A stretch of DNA of 56,217 bases from a candidate division Kazan bacterium RIFCSPHIGHO2_01_FULL_44_14 (GTDB lineage: Bacteria; Patescibacteriota; Kazan-3B-28), in the NCBI GenBank assembly GCA_001771185.1, contig METB01000001.1, positions 252,631-308,847 on the forward strand. The letters run 5' to 3'. The position numbers and the translations under genes were made by a program. Positions 27,340 through 37,862 of the stretch are shown one piece after another (within the stretch, counting starts at the first letter, position 1; the number at the start of each line of letters is the position of its first letter). The notes beneath the pieces were generated by a model, which was not told the DNA's origin, made no database searches, and saw nothing but the letters and a program-made list of their open reading frames with translations.

Positions 27340-28740
27340 ATGACCGAACAAAATTCCCATCACCAAGCCAACGCCATCTACTACCAGGTGCTTTTGCTCC
27401 TGGGAGATATCTTACTACTCTACCTCGCCCTGTGGGGAGCACTTGCCCTTCGCTACCCCAGCGCTATTGATTGGACATTGTTTTTGCGTCACGCTCAACC
27501 ATTTACGGTAGTGTATGTCATCTGGTTGGTTTTGTTTTATACTAACAATTTTTACAACCTTACTCGAGTACGAGATCAATTTAATATTTACTTTGACCTT
27601 ACTCGGACGTTGTTGGTGGGAACAGTTATCGGAGTCCTTGTGTTCTACTTGCTCCCCGCCTATGACCTAACCCCGAAACGCTTACTTGTACTAGATGCTG
27701 GAATATTCGGGGTGGCTTTGGCCCTATGGCGAACTTGGTTTGTGGCGATATTTAGACAAGTTTTACCGATTAATCGAGTGGCCATTATTGGGATATCACC
27801 TGGTTCTCTAGAACTGGGCCGTGAAATTTTGGCCCGACCCGATAGTGGTTATCAACTGGCGATTTTGGTTGGCGATGGTGAGCAAACACTAACGGCCCCC
27901 TCCCTACCGGTTGGGGTGCGTCTGTTCAATAACCCCGAAGAGTTTATTACATCTATCCAGACACTAAACATCAATACAATCATCATCGCCGACCATCTTG
28001 CCAATACCAATGTACTTGGCGATTTATTCCGCCTATTGCCACTGCAATTTAAATTTTCCACTACAACCAGTTTCTACGAAGAACTCACCAGCCGAGTCCC
28101 AGTAACACAATTAACTCATGGTTGGTTCTTGAGCAATTTAGACGAAACCACAAAACATACATACGAACTCACGAAGCGCTTCTTGGATTTGATTGTGTCT
28201 GGATTCTTCTTGGTAGTTTTCGCTCCTATACTCTTCTTGATTGGTGTTTTAATTAAGTCGGACTCCCATGGACCAGTGTTTTATCGTCAAACCCGGCTAG
28301 GTCAACGGGGCAAAGTATTTTGGGTTTGGAAATTAAGAACTATGGTACAAAATGCTGAATCGGCTGGACCACAGTGGAGTCAATCGGGTGACCCAAGAAT
28401 CACTCGGATTGGACGGTTTTTGCGCAAGACCCGTCTAGATGAAATCCCTCAACTGATTAATGTAGTACGCGGTGAGATGAGTTTAGTTGGCCCTCGTCCT
28501 GAACGACCAGAGTTCATAGAAAAGTTAGCAATAGAGATTCCTTTCTATCAAACTCGTCATTTGATCGCTCCAGGAATGACTGGCTGGGCCCAGGTCAAAT
28601 TTACTTATGGTGCTTCAGTCGAAGACGCTCTAGCCAAGCTACAATATGACATCTACTATATAAAGCGTCGGTCGTTTTCGTTAGACATCAGCATCTGGAT
28701 TAGAACTATTCTGATCATGCTGGGACTAAGAGGCCGATGA
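27340..28740 (+). CDS. Undecaprenyl-phosphate sugar phosphotransferase (WcaJ/WsaP-like)
   Basis: KRFLDL, GPVFYRQTRLG, KLRTM, DPRITRIGRFLRKTRLDEIPQLINVVRGEMSLVGPRPERP. Confidence 0.95.
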   Translation: MTEQNSHHQANAIYYQVLLLLGDILLLYLALWGALALRYPSAIDWTLFLRHAQPFTVVYVIWLVLFYTNNFYNLTRVRDQFNIYFDLTRTLLVGTVIGVLVFYLLPAYDLTPKRLLVLDAGIFGVALALWRTWFVAIFRQVLPINRVAIIGISPGSLELGREILARPDSGYQLAILVGDGEQTLTAPSLPVGVRLFNNPEEFITSIQTLNINTIIIADHLANTNVLGDLFRLLPLQFKFSTTTSFYEELTSRVPVTQLTHGWFLSNLDETTKHTYELTKRFLDLIVSGFFLVVFAPILFLIGVLIKSDSHGPVFYRQTRLGQRGKVFWVWKLRTMVQNAESAGPQWSQSGDPRITRIGRFLRKTRLDEIPQLINVVRGEMSLVGPRPERPEFIEKLAIEIPFYQTRHLIAPGMTGWAQVKFTYGASVEDALAKLQYDIYYIKRRSFSLDISIWIRTILIMLGLRGR

Positions 28741-28755
28741 CTTCGTGCGCAAACT

Positions 28756-29649
28756 ATGCAAGTCATCATTGAACCACATCCAGAACGACATCTGACACCA
28801 GAACAGCGCGTGGCTCGCGCTGGCCTAGGGTTTGTTTATCACGAGTCCTCGCAACCCTTCTATAAATTGCGGGTGTTATTGCGCAATCTGGAAACCACCC
28901 CCGCATTGTATGTCAACGGGGTTAAAAAATGGATCTACCAAATCCCTCGATTGATTAGTTTTTTGCGTACCGTTGAAGATATTAACTTGCACCAGACCAT
29001 CAAACTTCATGGTGGAGCGGTAATAGACCCTCGTCACCGAGGGGTTGTCATCACTGGTTGGCATGATGTGGGCAAAACCACCGCCTGTATCCGGCTAATC
29101 CAATCCGGATATACTCTGTTGGGGGACGACCTAATCAAACTGCGTGAGAGCGGGACCATTGAGCGTCTCCAGTCCCGAGCCGGGATCTATCCCCATGCGG
29201 ATAATCTAAAAAATTTCACTTTGTCTCCAGTGGACAGGTGGAAAGCGTGGTTTAAATTGCGCTTCGCCCAACTGCCGGCCATAGGTAATTTTGTCCAACC
29301 AAACTTAATCGTGGACTACTCGCTTATCGGACCGACCGCCGGTGAAGCCAAGCTTCATCGGGTGTACTTTCTAGAGCGAGGGTTGCTAGGGGTAGATGCC
29401 ATTACCACTGAAACCGCGGTCATTAAAGCGATGGCGACCTCGGCTGACTTTGCTATGCCGGATGGTTTCCCGCGGCGATTATTTTACGCGTATTGCTACG
29501 CCAACCAAACATCCCCGACGCTAGTGGAAGACGCCCAAAGACACATTTTTTCTTCCGCGTTCGCCAACAAGGATTTGTGGGTAATCCGGGGTCGCACGCA
29601 CGATGAACTATACCGGCAACTGGTCGCTAATGAACAACGATACCATTAA
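28756..29649 (+). CDS. HPr kinase-related P-loop kinase
   Basis: LHGGAVI...GVVITGWHDVGKTT...GYTLLGDD. Confidence 0.7.
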   Translation: MQVIIEPHPERHLTPEQRVARAGLGFVYHESSQPFYKLRVLLRNLETTPALYVNGVKKWIYQIPRLISFLRTVEDINLHQTIKLHGGAVIDPRHRGVVITGWHDVGKTTACIRLIQSGYTLLGDDLIKLRESGTIERLQSRAGIYPHADNLKNFTLSPVDRWKAWFKLRFAQLPAIGNFVQPNLIVDYSLIGPTAGEAKLHRVYFLERGLLGVDAITTETAVIKAMATSADFAMPDGFPRRLFYAYCYANQTSPTLVEDAQRHIFSSAFANKDLWVIRGRTHDELYRQLVANEQRYH

Positions 29650-31528
29650 TACTATCGATAACGCGGTTCCAAGTCGTCTCGCCCAGCCGGTCCGAGATTT
29701 GTTGACCCGAGCGCTTAATCAACTCAAACAATTTCATTGGCCAATGACGGTGGTATTGGCTGGTGGCTGGCGACACAAAGAGATTGCTTATACCCCAGAA
29801 CATATCCTAAGCGATATCGATATGTTTATATTTTCCAACTGGCTGCCATGGTTTTGGCATCAATTGACACGGCAAGGACAGCAGTTGGCCGCCAGTGAAC
29901 AGTCAGTTCAGTTCGATTACCGTGGCGGATTACCGTGGCTACTACACCGCTCCCAGACCTTTTGGGCGTACAAGTTGAAACATGAGGGCATTATTCTGCG
30001 AGGCAACCCTCGCCTACTCCAGAGAATTCGTGCCCTGTCTTTCGGGATGGATGTGATAGAGAGCACCAGAATTCTGTTCCACAGCTTGCTCTTGTGGCTG
30101 TATCCCTTGAGTCGAAACAACAGTTCTAGTCCGTATTTAATATCTCGCCCCTATTTGTATATCGGCGAGGCATACCTATCTTTTGGAAAGCGGTTGGCAC
30201 CCACTTATGCTGAGCGGCGGGATAATTTTGCTCAATTAGCCGATGAATGGTCGTTGCCCGCTGATTTGCGTGAACGCGTGCTGGCGGCCTACGCGATCAA
30301 GACAGGTCAATTCGATCTATATCCATCGGTCCGCTTCGTTTGGGCCACCGCTCTCGAAGATACTAAGCGAGTGATCGATGACATTTTGCGCCGCTGGTCT
30401 GGTCACGACACAACAGTGGTCACATGGACGGCGCTCGATCAAATAACGGCGGTAGATTATTTGTTTAATGGTATTTTCTGGGCAAGATTACGCTATGGTA
30501 CAAAAACACTCAAACCTAAGCTATCCGTTCTTGTCCAGTTCAAGATAGTCGATCTCTACTACGCGGCCTGGTACCACATGAGAGGAGAGCTTACTCAACG
30601 CGATAAAATTTTACGTCGCTATTTTAGCTACCATCAATGGGATGAAGATACATTCACTCAACTGCTGCGCCTCTGGCCTGTACCGGTCTTGGTTTCAATT
30701 AAAAAATGCCGCGAGCGACCGCCAGCCGTCGTAACCATCACTGTTGACGGCGGCTATGCCGAAACCGTTCATCACTTTCTAACACAACCCGGAGCTATGC
30801 CTTTGCCACTGACTTGGTTTTTGGTGACAGACAGCATTGGCCGCCATCTGTCAGAGCGGCCGGTGGCCGATTGGGCAGTTTGGCGACAAGCACACGACTA
30901 CCGGTGGGAAGTCGGTGGGCATACCCACACCCATCCCCTGCTCCAGCTGAATCAGCGCGAACAGTCGAGACACTGGACCGAGCTACTATTGTCCGCGGCT
31001 AAGCGGTTTTGGCGTCAACCGATCAAATGGCTACGACTAGGTAGATTTATTACTGCCAACCTAGAGATTAATCGGAAAGCTGTCCCCGCCGACGCCTTTA
31101 TTGCCGAAGCTGCCCTATCAAAGCGGATACTTGAAGAAAAATTAGGCCAATCCGTGGCCAGTTTTGCCTACCCCGGCGGTCACGCGTCCCAAACCATTGC
31201 TAAAAACCTGCATCAACTTGGTTATCTATCGGCACGAACTACCTCTCCGGGAATCAACCGCTGGCTAACACTAAATCCGTATGCCCTCAAATCCATGGTC
31301 TGGACTAAAACCACTACCTTGGCAGAGGCCAACCGCTGGGCGGATCAAGTCCACCGCCAGGGTGGCTGGCTGATTGAAACCCTGCATCTGGTAACGGACA
31401 ACCGCTCGAGAACCCACTCCTATGCTTTCGCGACCAAGGGTGAATTGATAGATCAGCACTTGGACTATATCCGTCAACTGGGCATCCCCATCATCACTCA
31501 GTCGGACGCGATGGAGGAAAAGATATGA
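29630..31528 (+). CDS. Fusion: nucleotidyltransferase-like N-terminus plus NodB-type polysaccharide deacetylase
   Basis: VVLAGG...SDIDMF (G-G...DxD); TITVDGG, HTHTH, FAYPGG. Confidence 0.7.
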   Translation: MNNDTINTIDNAVPSRLAQPVRDLLTRALNQLKQFHWPMTVVLAGGWRHKEIAYTPEHILSDIDMFIFSNWLPWFWHQLTRQGQQLAASEQSVQFDYRGGLPWLLHRSQTFWAYKLKHEGIILRGNPRLLQRIRALSFGMDVIESTRILFHSLLLWLYPLSRNNSSSPYLISRPYLYIGEAYLSFGKRLAPTYAERRDNFAQLADEWSLPADLRERVLAAYAIKTGQFDLYPSVRFVWATALEDTKRVIDDILRRWSGHDTTVVTWTALDQITAVDYLFNGIFWARLRYGTKTLKPKLSVLVQFKIVDLYYAAWYHMRGELTQRDKILRRYFSYHQWDEDTFTQLLRLWPVPVLVSIKKCRERPPAVVTITVDGGYAETVHHFLTQPGAMPLPLTWFLVTDSIGRHLSERPVADWAVWRQAHDYRWEVGGHTHTHPLLQLNQREQSRHWTELLLSAAKRFWRQPIKWLRLGRFITANLEINRKAVPADAFIAEAALSKRILEEKLGQSVASFAYPGGHASQTIAKNLHQLGYLSARTTSPGINRWLTLNPYALKSMVWTKTTTLAEANRWADQVHRQGGWLIETLHLVTDNRSRTHSYAFATKGELIDQHLDYIRQLGIPIITQSDAMEEKI

Positions 31529-34140
31529 TCGGCAGATATCTACGAGTGGTACTACGCAAGTTCGGCCGACATATAATCGAACCTGCCGGCGCAATTGAAC
31601 AATTCTATGCTACTGCCGATCCGTGGGATTACGAAAAGACCCCCGACGACCAGACCCGCAAAGCTAAATTATTGCAAGTGATTGGACAGTATGTCCCGAC
31701 AGTGGCATCGGCCAGGGTGCTAGATGTAGGCTGTGGCGAGGGTTGGATTACCCAGGATCTGCCCGGGGGGGAGATAGTTGGCATTGATGTGTCCGCCATC
31801 GCAATTGAACGAGCCCGGCGAGCCAATCGGCGTGGCTATTACCGACGCTTTGATCTGAATCTGGATGATCCCAAAACTTTAGGCGGGTTTGACGTTGTCA
31901 TCATAACGGGAGTGTTATATAAAAACTATCTTACCCAGCCAGCCGCTATGAAACTGCTGACACTCCTCAAGCCGGGCGGTTATTTAGTAATGTCGCACAT
32001 TAGTGAATGGGACAGGTGGCACTTCGACTTGCCGATAATTTACGAAACTCGTTTCTCTTATCGAAAATATACGCAACATCTTCAAATCATGCACAAGCCA
32101 GCCCCCCAAGTAACAATTGGCATGCCGGTTCGGGGCGACGCGCCAATTATTGAATCCGCAATTGCTTCGGTGGGTCGGCAAACTTACCCCAATCTTGAAT
32201 TTATTTTAGTAGACGATGGGATGACAGACAGCACGAAACAGATGGCGTTAACCGCCCTAAATCAATTGCCGGCTCATATTCAGCGGCAGGTTGCACGTCA
32301 TCCGGAACCGCGGGGTGTGGCGGCCGCTCGCAACACCGTTGTTCAACGTGCTATGGGCGAGTTTGTGACTTTTTTGAGCGCCGACGATGTCCTGTATGAT
32401 GACAAAATCGAACGTCAAGTTGAACCCTTCGCCGCCGATATAGCTAATTTGACAGGAGCGGTATCGGTTCGGTCTGTTTTAGTTACGCCGGACGGGCATC
32501 GGTCAATTCAACCCGCGCATATCGCCCAAGGCAACATTTATCCTCAAATCTTGTCGCGCAACTTACTGACCTCACCAATGATCAGAAAAATTTGCTACCG
32601 ACAGGTCGGCGAATATGACACTGGTCTGCAATTTGGAGAGGACTGGGAGTTACATATCCGGCTGGCGCGACTATTCCAAACAAAATATATAGATACCCAG
32701 CTTATTCGAATTAATACCCATCGGGATCAGATTTCGTCCCGCGCGTCTCAACGAGCCAACGACTGCATAAAAATTTGGCGTAAGCATCAATCGGAGTATT
32801 CGGATTATCCTCGAGCGGCTTCCGACCTCTGGCGATTTATCGGTGTATCGCAAATTACGGCTGGGGAACCCGACTTGGGCCGACGAACGCTGGCCAGAGC
32901 GATCTGGGCATACCCCTTCAACAGCCGAGTCATCGGACAGTGGATTTTGTCACTGTTGCCGATAGCTTGGTTCACCAAAATCCGGACTGGGTATCATCAA
33001 TATTTCAAGGGGGTAAACCAACATCTGTCCCTCAAACCCAAGACGGACAGACCGACAGTCCTGTTTGTTATCAGTAGCGCCCATCTGGGTGGGGCACCCA
33101 TGCAGGCCTATCGGCTCATCAGCCGGCTACTAGACCGGATCAATCCGATAGTGGCCCTGCCAGATGATGGCCCATTCGTGAACCGCTTCCGCCAGCTGGG
33201 TGTAACTGTAATTACCGTCTCAATTCGCCGCATCAGCCCGGTAGCGCTGTGGCAAATCGTAAAGTTAATCCACAAGTATAAAGTAGATCTCGTCCACTCC
33301 CACGGCAAGGCCGCTGGGCTGTATGGCCGAATGACTGGTTGGATAACTAGGACTCCTATCATCCATACCTTCCACGGAATTCACTTTAAAAAGTATGGCC
33401 TGTTCTCCCCTGTTTATCTAGGGGTTGAAAAGATTTTAGGGAGAATGACTAACAAGTTCATCGCCGTGGCTAGGCATGAGAAAGAAACCGCTACCAAGTA
33501 TGGGTTTGCGACGGATAACCAGGTGAAAGTTATATACAATGGTGCCCCTACGGCAACTGGTCTTGAACATATACCTCACGCAGACCACTTTACAATCCTG
33601 TCGATAGGCCGATTTTTCTCTGGTAAAGGACAAGAATTCCTCATTTCAGCCATGCCCATCATCATCGCTACAATCCCCACAGTTCGATTAACGCTAGTCG
33701 GAGATGGGCCCCAATTAAACCAAGCCAAAAACCAAACCAACCGACTAGGGATAGAAAAATACATCAACTTTACGGGTAGTAGAACTAATATTAATGATTA
33801 CTTATATTCGTCAGATATTTATGTCTCGCCATCATTAGGCGAAGGACTACCGCTCACATTGCTGGAAGCAGGCCAGGCCGGTCTCCCAGTAGTGGCCACC
33901 GATGTTACTGGCAATAATGAAGTTATCCGAGATGGTCAATCCGGTCTGCTCGTACCACCAAACAACCCCGAGAAGTTGGCCCAAGCAATTGTCAATCTAT
34001 ACCAACAACCATTGATAGCGAAACGATATGCGTCAGCACTGCAAAAAGAAATCCAAGAAGAATTTGGTCTCCAGCGTATGCTTGATCAGACCCTTGAGTT
34101 ATACCATGAAGTTTTAACCAAAAATGATTGGGTTGTTTAA
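31525..34140 (+). CDS. Triple fusion: NodS-like SAM methyltransferase + GT2 + GT4 glycosyltransferase
   Basis: DPWDY, VLDVGCGEG; EFILVDDG, AARN, FLSADD, EDWE; EGLPLTLLEAGQAGLPVVATDVTG. Confidence 0.9.
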   Translation: MIGRYLRVVLRKFGRHIIEPAGAIEQFYATADPWDYEKTPDDQTRKAKLLQVIGQYVPTVASARVLDVGCGEGWITQDLPGGEIVGIDVSAIAIERARRANRRGYYRRFDLNLDDPKTLGGFDVVIITGVLYKNYLTQPAAMKLLTLLKPGGYLVMSHISEWDRWHFDLPIIYETRFSYRKYTQHLQIMHKPAPQVTIGMPVRGDAPIIESAIASVGRQTYPNLEFILVDDGMTDSTKQMALTALNQLPAHIQRQVARHPEPRGVAAARNTVVQRAMGEFVTFLSADDVLYDDKIERQVEPFAADIANLTGAVSVRSVLVTPDGHRSIQPAHIAQGNIYPQILSRNLLTSPMIRKICYRQVGEYDTGLQFGEDWELHIRLARLFQTKYIDTQLIRINTHRDQISSRASQRANDCIKIWRKHQSEYSDYPRAASDLWRFIGVSQITAGEPDLGRRTLARAIWAYPFNSRVIGQWILSLLPIAWFTKIRTGYHQYFKGVNQHLSLKPKTDRPTVLFVISSAHLGGAPMQAYRLISRLLDRINPIVALPDDGPFVNRFRQLGVTVITVSIRRISPVALWQIVKLIHKYKVDLVHSHGKAAGLYGRMTGWITRTPIIHTFHGIHFKKYGLFSPVYLGVEKILGRMTNKFIAVARHEKETATKYGFATDNQVKVIYNGAPTATGLEHIPHADHFTILSIGRFFSGKGQEFLISAMPIIIATIPTVRLTLVGDGPQLNQAKNQTNRLGIEKYINFTGSRTNINDYLYSSDIYVSPSLGEGLPLTLLEAGQAGLPVVATDVTGNNEVIRDGQSGLLVPPNNPEKLAQAIVNLYQQPLIAKRYASALQKEIQEEFGLQRMLDQTLELYHEVLTKNDWVV

Positions 34141-35224
34141 GCAAATCGATAAACTCCTTGGTACCCCCTTATGCTATCTTCTGGGCATTGTTAATCTGCT
34201 CAACCCCAAAACGAGCATATGCCCCGATCAAATTAAAAAAATCCTCATTGTCACATGGATTGGATTAGGTGATGTGATTTTGACCTTGCCTACAGTACTA
34301 GCAATTCGCAAGCGATATCCGGATGCAAAAATTGTTTATTTTACTACTCCTCGCGCTCAGATGCCACTCAAATACATCCCCGGAATTGATAACATCATCT
34401 CGTACGATATTACCGGAAAAGACAAGGGAATTGCTGGTTTGCTTCGAATAATAAAACAATTACGTCGTGAAAAATTTGACATAGCAGTTGAACTGGCTCA
34501 ACGGTACCGTTTGATTTCACTGATAACTTTTTGGGCCGGCATCCCACATCGGATTGGCTTTGGGGTTCCTGGGCAAGGTCGCGAATGGCTACTTAGCCAA
34601 ACGGTACCGTATGTATGGCCGATGCACGAAGCCGAGGTCTTCGGCAAAGTCAGTGAATTAATTGATGCTCCTATCTACCAACACTCCCTCCCTCCCCTTA
34701 CGCTCCCACCCACTCCAAGTATTTTAAATGAAAATACCAAAAGGCCGACTATTGTTATTCATATTGGCACCGGGCCAGCGCTTAAAACACGGCAATGGTC
34801 GGCCAATAAATTTTCTGAACTTATCGATAAATTGATGGATAGATATGGTGGGGCTATTATACTGACCGGTGCCAAAGAAGATTTGCTACTAGCGCAGACA
34901 ATCCAACAAAACTCGGGAAAACCCATTACTAATCTGGTCGGCAAAACCACCCTAGAGCATCTTTATAAGGTATTCGAAGAAGCTAATTTAGTCATTAGTA
35001 TGGATACGGGCCCAATGCATTTAGCTGCTATGACAGATACTCCGACACTTGGAATATTTTTAGTCAGCTTTCCTGAAAAGTGGCGACCATATGGCAACAA
35101 GCACCGCTACATTTACAATGGGCCGAGTATCGATCCAAATCATCCTAGACAACATCCACCCATTTCGGCCATTAAAGATATTGCAGTGAACGAAGTGATT
35201 GAGATGGTATCTCGAATGATCTAA
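34124..35224 (+). CDS. Glycosyltransferase family 9 (heptosyltransferase-like)
   Basis: GLGDVILTLP, RQWSANKF, DTGPMHLAA. Confidence 0.9.
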   Translation: MIGLFKQIDKLLGTPLCYLLGIVNLLNPKTSICPDQIKKILIVTWIGLGDVILTLPTVLAIRKRYPDAKIVYFTTPRAQMPLKYIPGIDNIISYDITGKDKGIAGLLRIIKQLRREKFDIAVELAQRYRLISLITFWAGIPHRIGFGVPGQGREWLLSQTVPYVWPMHEAEVFGKVSELIDAPIYQHSLPPLTLPPTPSILNENTKRPTIVIHIGTGPALKTRQWSANKFSELIDKLMDRYGGAIILTGAKEDLLLAQTIQQNSGKPITNLVGKTTLEHLYKVFEEANLVISMDTGPMHLAAMTDTPTLGIFLVSFPEKWRPYGNKHRYIYNGPSIDPNHPRQHPPISAIKDIAVNEVIEMVSRMI

Positions 35225-37474
35225 TTAGGGGTCTGGCGTAAGCGGAAGGGACCTAATAAACGTCTGTGCGTCATCTGAATAATCAGGAAATGATTTTATT
35301 ATCTCCTCGGCTAATTTTTTAGCTTTGATATACTGCCCATCATTGGCGTACAATACAGCCAAATTAGCCATGGCGTCAGGATTTTTCCCATTGTGTTTTA
35401 TACCCCAATCCCGATAATAAATAGCGTCTTGCCACTGCTTTTTTTCGACCAGAAGTTCAACTATCATATCTACTAATATCTGATTAAGTTGGACTCCTCC
35501 GGCCAATCTCTTTTCGGCAGCAATGTGGAACGACTCTGCCGCTTGGTTGTCATTAATATGAGTAATCGTATTAGCGATGCCCATCCACATATCAACTTCA
35601 GCCGTGGCACCGACCATAGTCCGTGCATGTTCAAGTTTACTAATAGCTTCCTCTGGTCGTCTGGCCGAGACCAGAATATCACCCCAAGTAAGGTACAAAA
35701 AGAACCGATTAGGATGGTCAGTGACCAGTTCTTCAAATAATTCCTGCCCTCGCATCACATCTTTGTCATAGGCAGTTAACACCACATTTAACGAAGCCAA
35801 GAAGGATTTAATCTGCAAATTCTCCGGTTCCCATTCCAAAAATTTCTCCTCAACTGCTATGCCATTAAGAAGTACCTGACGCGCAACCTCCTTTTTCCCT
35901 TTGGCATCATAAATGTTCGCATAGTTTTTTATGTGACTAGCATACCCATAAGCAACCATTTCATAAGTGAAAGGGGAATTGTACTGTAATGCTTTACTGT
36001 AATTAGTATCCGCAAGTTCCTCTGCACCTCTCCTATGTTGAGCCAAAGCCAACCCGGCCAATCCAGCACTACTGTAAGTAGGCCAATACCAGATGAAGAT
36101 TGGGACTAGGCATATTGCTCCAAGAATCATTCGGCCAAAATATAACCATCCTTTTTGTCGGATACGACTACGGACCCCTTCCTCTTGTTTGGAGACCAAA
36201 ACCACTACTAATACCAGCAAAATTCCGCCGTAAACAAAGTTGGTTATTACATCAAACGATGTCATCCCTTGAATAACATAGGCGGTTAATATACTAACAA
36301 ACATAATACTTATTATTTTGTCAGATCTATCATTGGCTGTTCGCAGAAACTTAAAAAGATAATAAAAAATAATCATCCCCAACATCAACAGGGAAATTAA
36401 TCCCAATACGCCACTGGTAGCCAATTGATCGATAAAGATGTTGTGGGCCCTATCAAAAAAAGTTTCACCATATCCAAAGGCGGAAAGCTCTGGATTATAG
36501 TTTCTGTCAAACGCAACATAAACATTATCAATCCCGTAACCCAAAAGTGGTCTATCTAACACTCCCTGGAGAACAGAATCATATGTCAATAACCGCTGTT
36601 TAATTGTCCCTTGGATTCTAAAATCAAATAGCCGTTCAATCCCCAACGGAGCTCTTAACACAAAAATCAACGCCAATAATAAAAGCCCAGAAAACACCAC
36701 CCAGGAAATGACTCGTTTGGTAGTGGGAGACCATTTAAAGATCTCCTTTAAATACAAGAATCCGAAAATGGCCAATCCAATGATCAGTCCCAGAAACGGG
36801 CCTCTCGATGCCGTAAGAAGCAGGGCAATAATCTGAATGACCAAGAAACTACCATGCAGGATTTTTGTTTTTAAATGAGTACTATTGAGTATCCAAAAAA
36901 GTGATATAAATATCGTTATCAGCAAAAAGGAGCCCAAAAAAAGTGGATTTCCAAAAGTTGCATCAACCCTTGACGAAGTACTCGCATATATAAAAGTGTT
37001 ATGTAAGAGTTCTGGTAACCCGATTTTTTGTCCAATGGCATATAATCCCGCCAATCCCCCGATAACCGACATTAGGGATAAAATTTTATATACCTGTAAA
37101 CGATTGACTTGGCTAACGATTATCAACACCATAATGAGCACCGCGGTAATGATGATAAAACCGCTTGCCCTCGAGATGTTCCCCCACCAACTTAACCACG
37201 GGTTTATTGAAAAAATAGTGCTTAGTAAAGTTACCCCCCAGAGCATACCGAGAGCCAAAATAAGCGGATGACGCACTCTTTGAATATTTAGCTTGTCCCC
37301 TCGAACAAAAACCCCAAATAACAGAATACTGATAGCAGATAAGAAGACAATTAATTTACTTGAGGTACCAGGAAACATTAAAGAGGGAATGTGGAAAAGA
37401 GGGGTAAACAAAATCAACCACATGGCAAAATCGGTAATCCAGTTCCCCTGATTGATTAATCTAAAAAACGGCAT
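35225..37474 (-). CDS. O-antigen ligase (Wzy_C/WaaL-like) with C-terminal TPRs, copy 2
   Basis: TFGNPLFLGSF, LTASRGP, RPLLGYG, DRAHN. Confidence 0.9.
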   Translation of the reverse strand: MPFFRLINQGNWITDFAMWLILFTPLFHIPSLMFPGTSSKLIVFLSAISILLFGVFVRGDKLNIQRVRHPLILALGMLWGVTLLSTIFSINPWLSWWGNISRASGFIIITAVLIMVLIIVSQVNRLQVYKILSLMSVIGGLAGLYAIGQKIGLPELLHNTFIYASTSSRVDATFGNPLFLGSFLLITIFISLFWILNSTHLKTKILHGSFLVIQIIALLLTASRGPFLGLIIGLAIFGFLYLKEIFKWSPTTKRVISWVVFSGLLLLALIFVLRAPLGIERLFDFRIQGTIKQRLLTYDSVLQGVLDRPLLGYGIDNVYVAFDRNYNPELSAFGYGETFFDRAHNIFIDQLATSGVLGLISLLMLGMIIFYYLFKFLRTANDRSDKIISIMFVSILTAYVIQGMTSFDVITNFVYGGILLVLVVVLVSKQEEGVRSRIRQKGWLYFGRMILGAICLVPIFIWYWPTYSSAGLAGLALAQHRRGAEELADTNYSKALQYNSPFTYEMVAYGYASHIKNYANIYDAKGKKEVARQVLLNGIAVEEKFLEWEPENLQIKSFLASLNVVLTAYDKDVMRGQELFEELVTDHPNRFFLYLTWGDILVSARRPEEAISKLEHARTMVGATAEVDMWMGIANTITHINDNQAAESFHIAAEKRLAGGVQLNQILVDMIVELLVEKKQWQDAIYYRDWGIKHNGKNPDAMANLAVLYANDGQYIKAKKLAEEIIKSFPDYSDDAQTFIRSLPLTPDP

Positions 37475-37479
37475 AAGTT

Positions 37480-37809
37480 TTATGGGAGTTCGGCCAGGAG
37501 CTCGTTAACGGCTTGGGTAGCGCTCGCATCCTTGACCCTGACTGACTCATATTGAGCCCTAGCTTCTTCATAACGGCCCAGTTTGGCCAAGACCTGGCCA
37601 TGGATTATACCTAAGTTAGTATCGTAGCGCCCCGCTTGTTTGGCCTTGGAAAGCGCAGTCAAGGCCTCTTCAAATTTTCCATCATAGTACATTCCAACAA
37701 TGCTCGAAGTATACTTCTCCAAACTTTTGTTCGAAAAGGTATATAGGGTAGCTACAACTAACATAATGGCAACTACTCCCCCAACGATGTACAGAATAGG
37801 TTTTTTCAT
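37480..37809 (-). CDS. Small membrane-anchored TPR protein
   Basis: TM helix, then GKFEEAL...GQVLAKLGRYEEARAQYE. Confidence 0.75.
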   Translation of the reverse strand: MKKPILYIVGGVVAIMLVVATLYTFSNKSLEKYTSSIVGMYYDGKFEEALTALSKAKQAGRYDTNLGIIHGQVLAKLGRYEEARAQYESVRVKDASATQAVNELLAELP

Positions 37810-37862
37810 AATATGTATATAATGAGTTATCTGATACTTTCTATCATAATCTATCTATTGCT

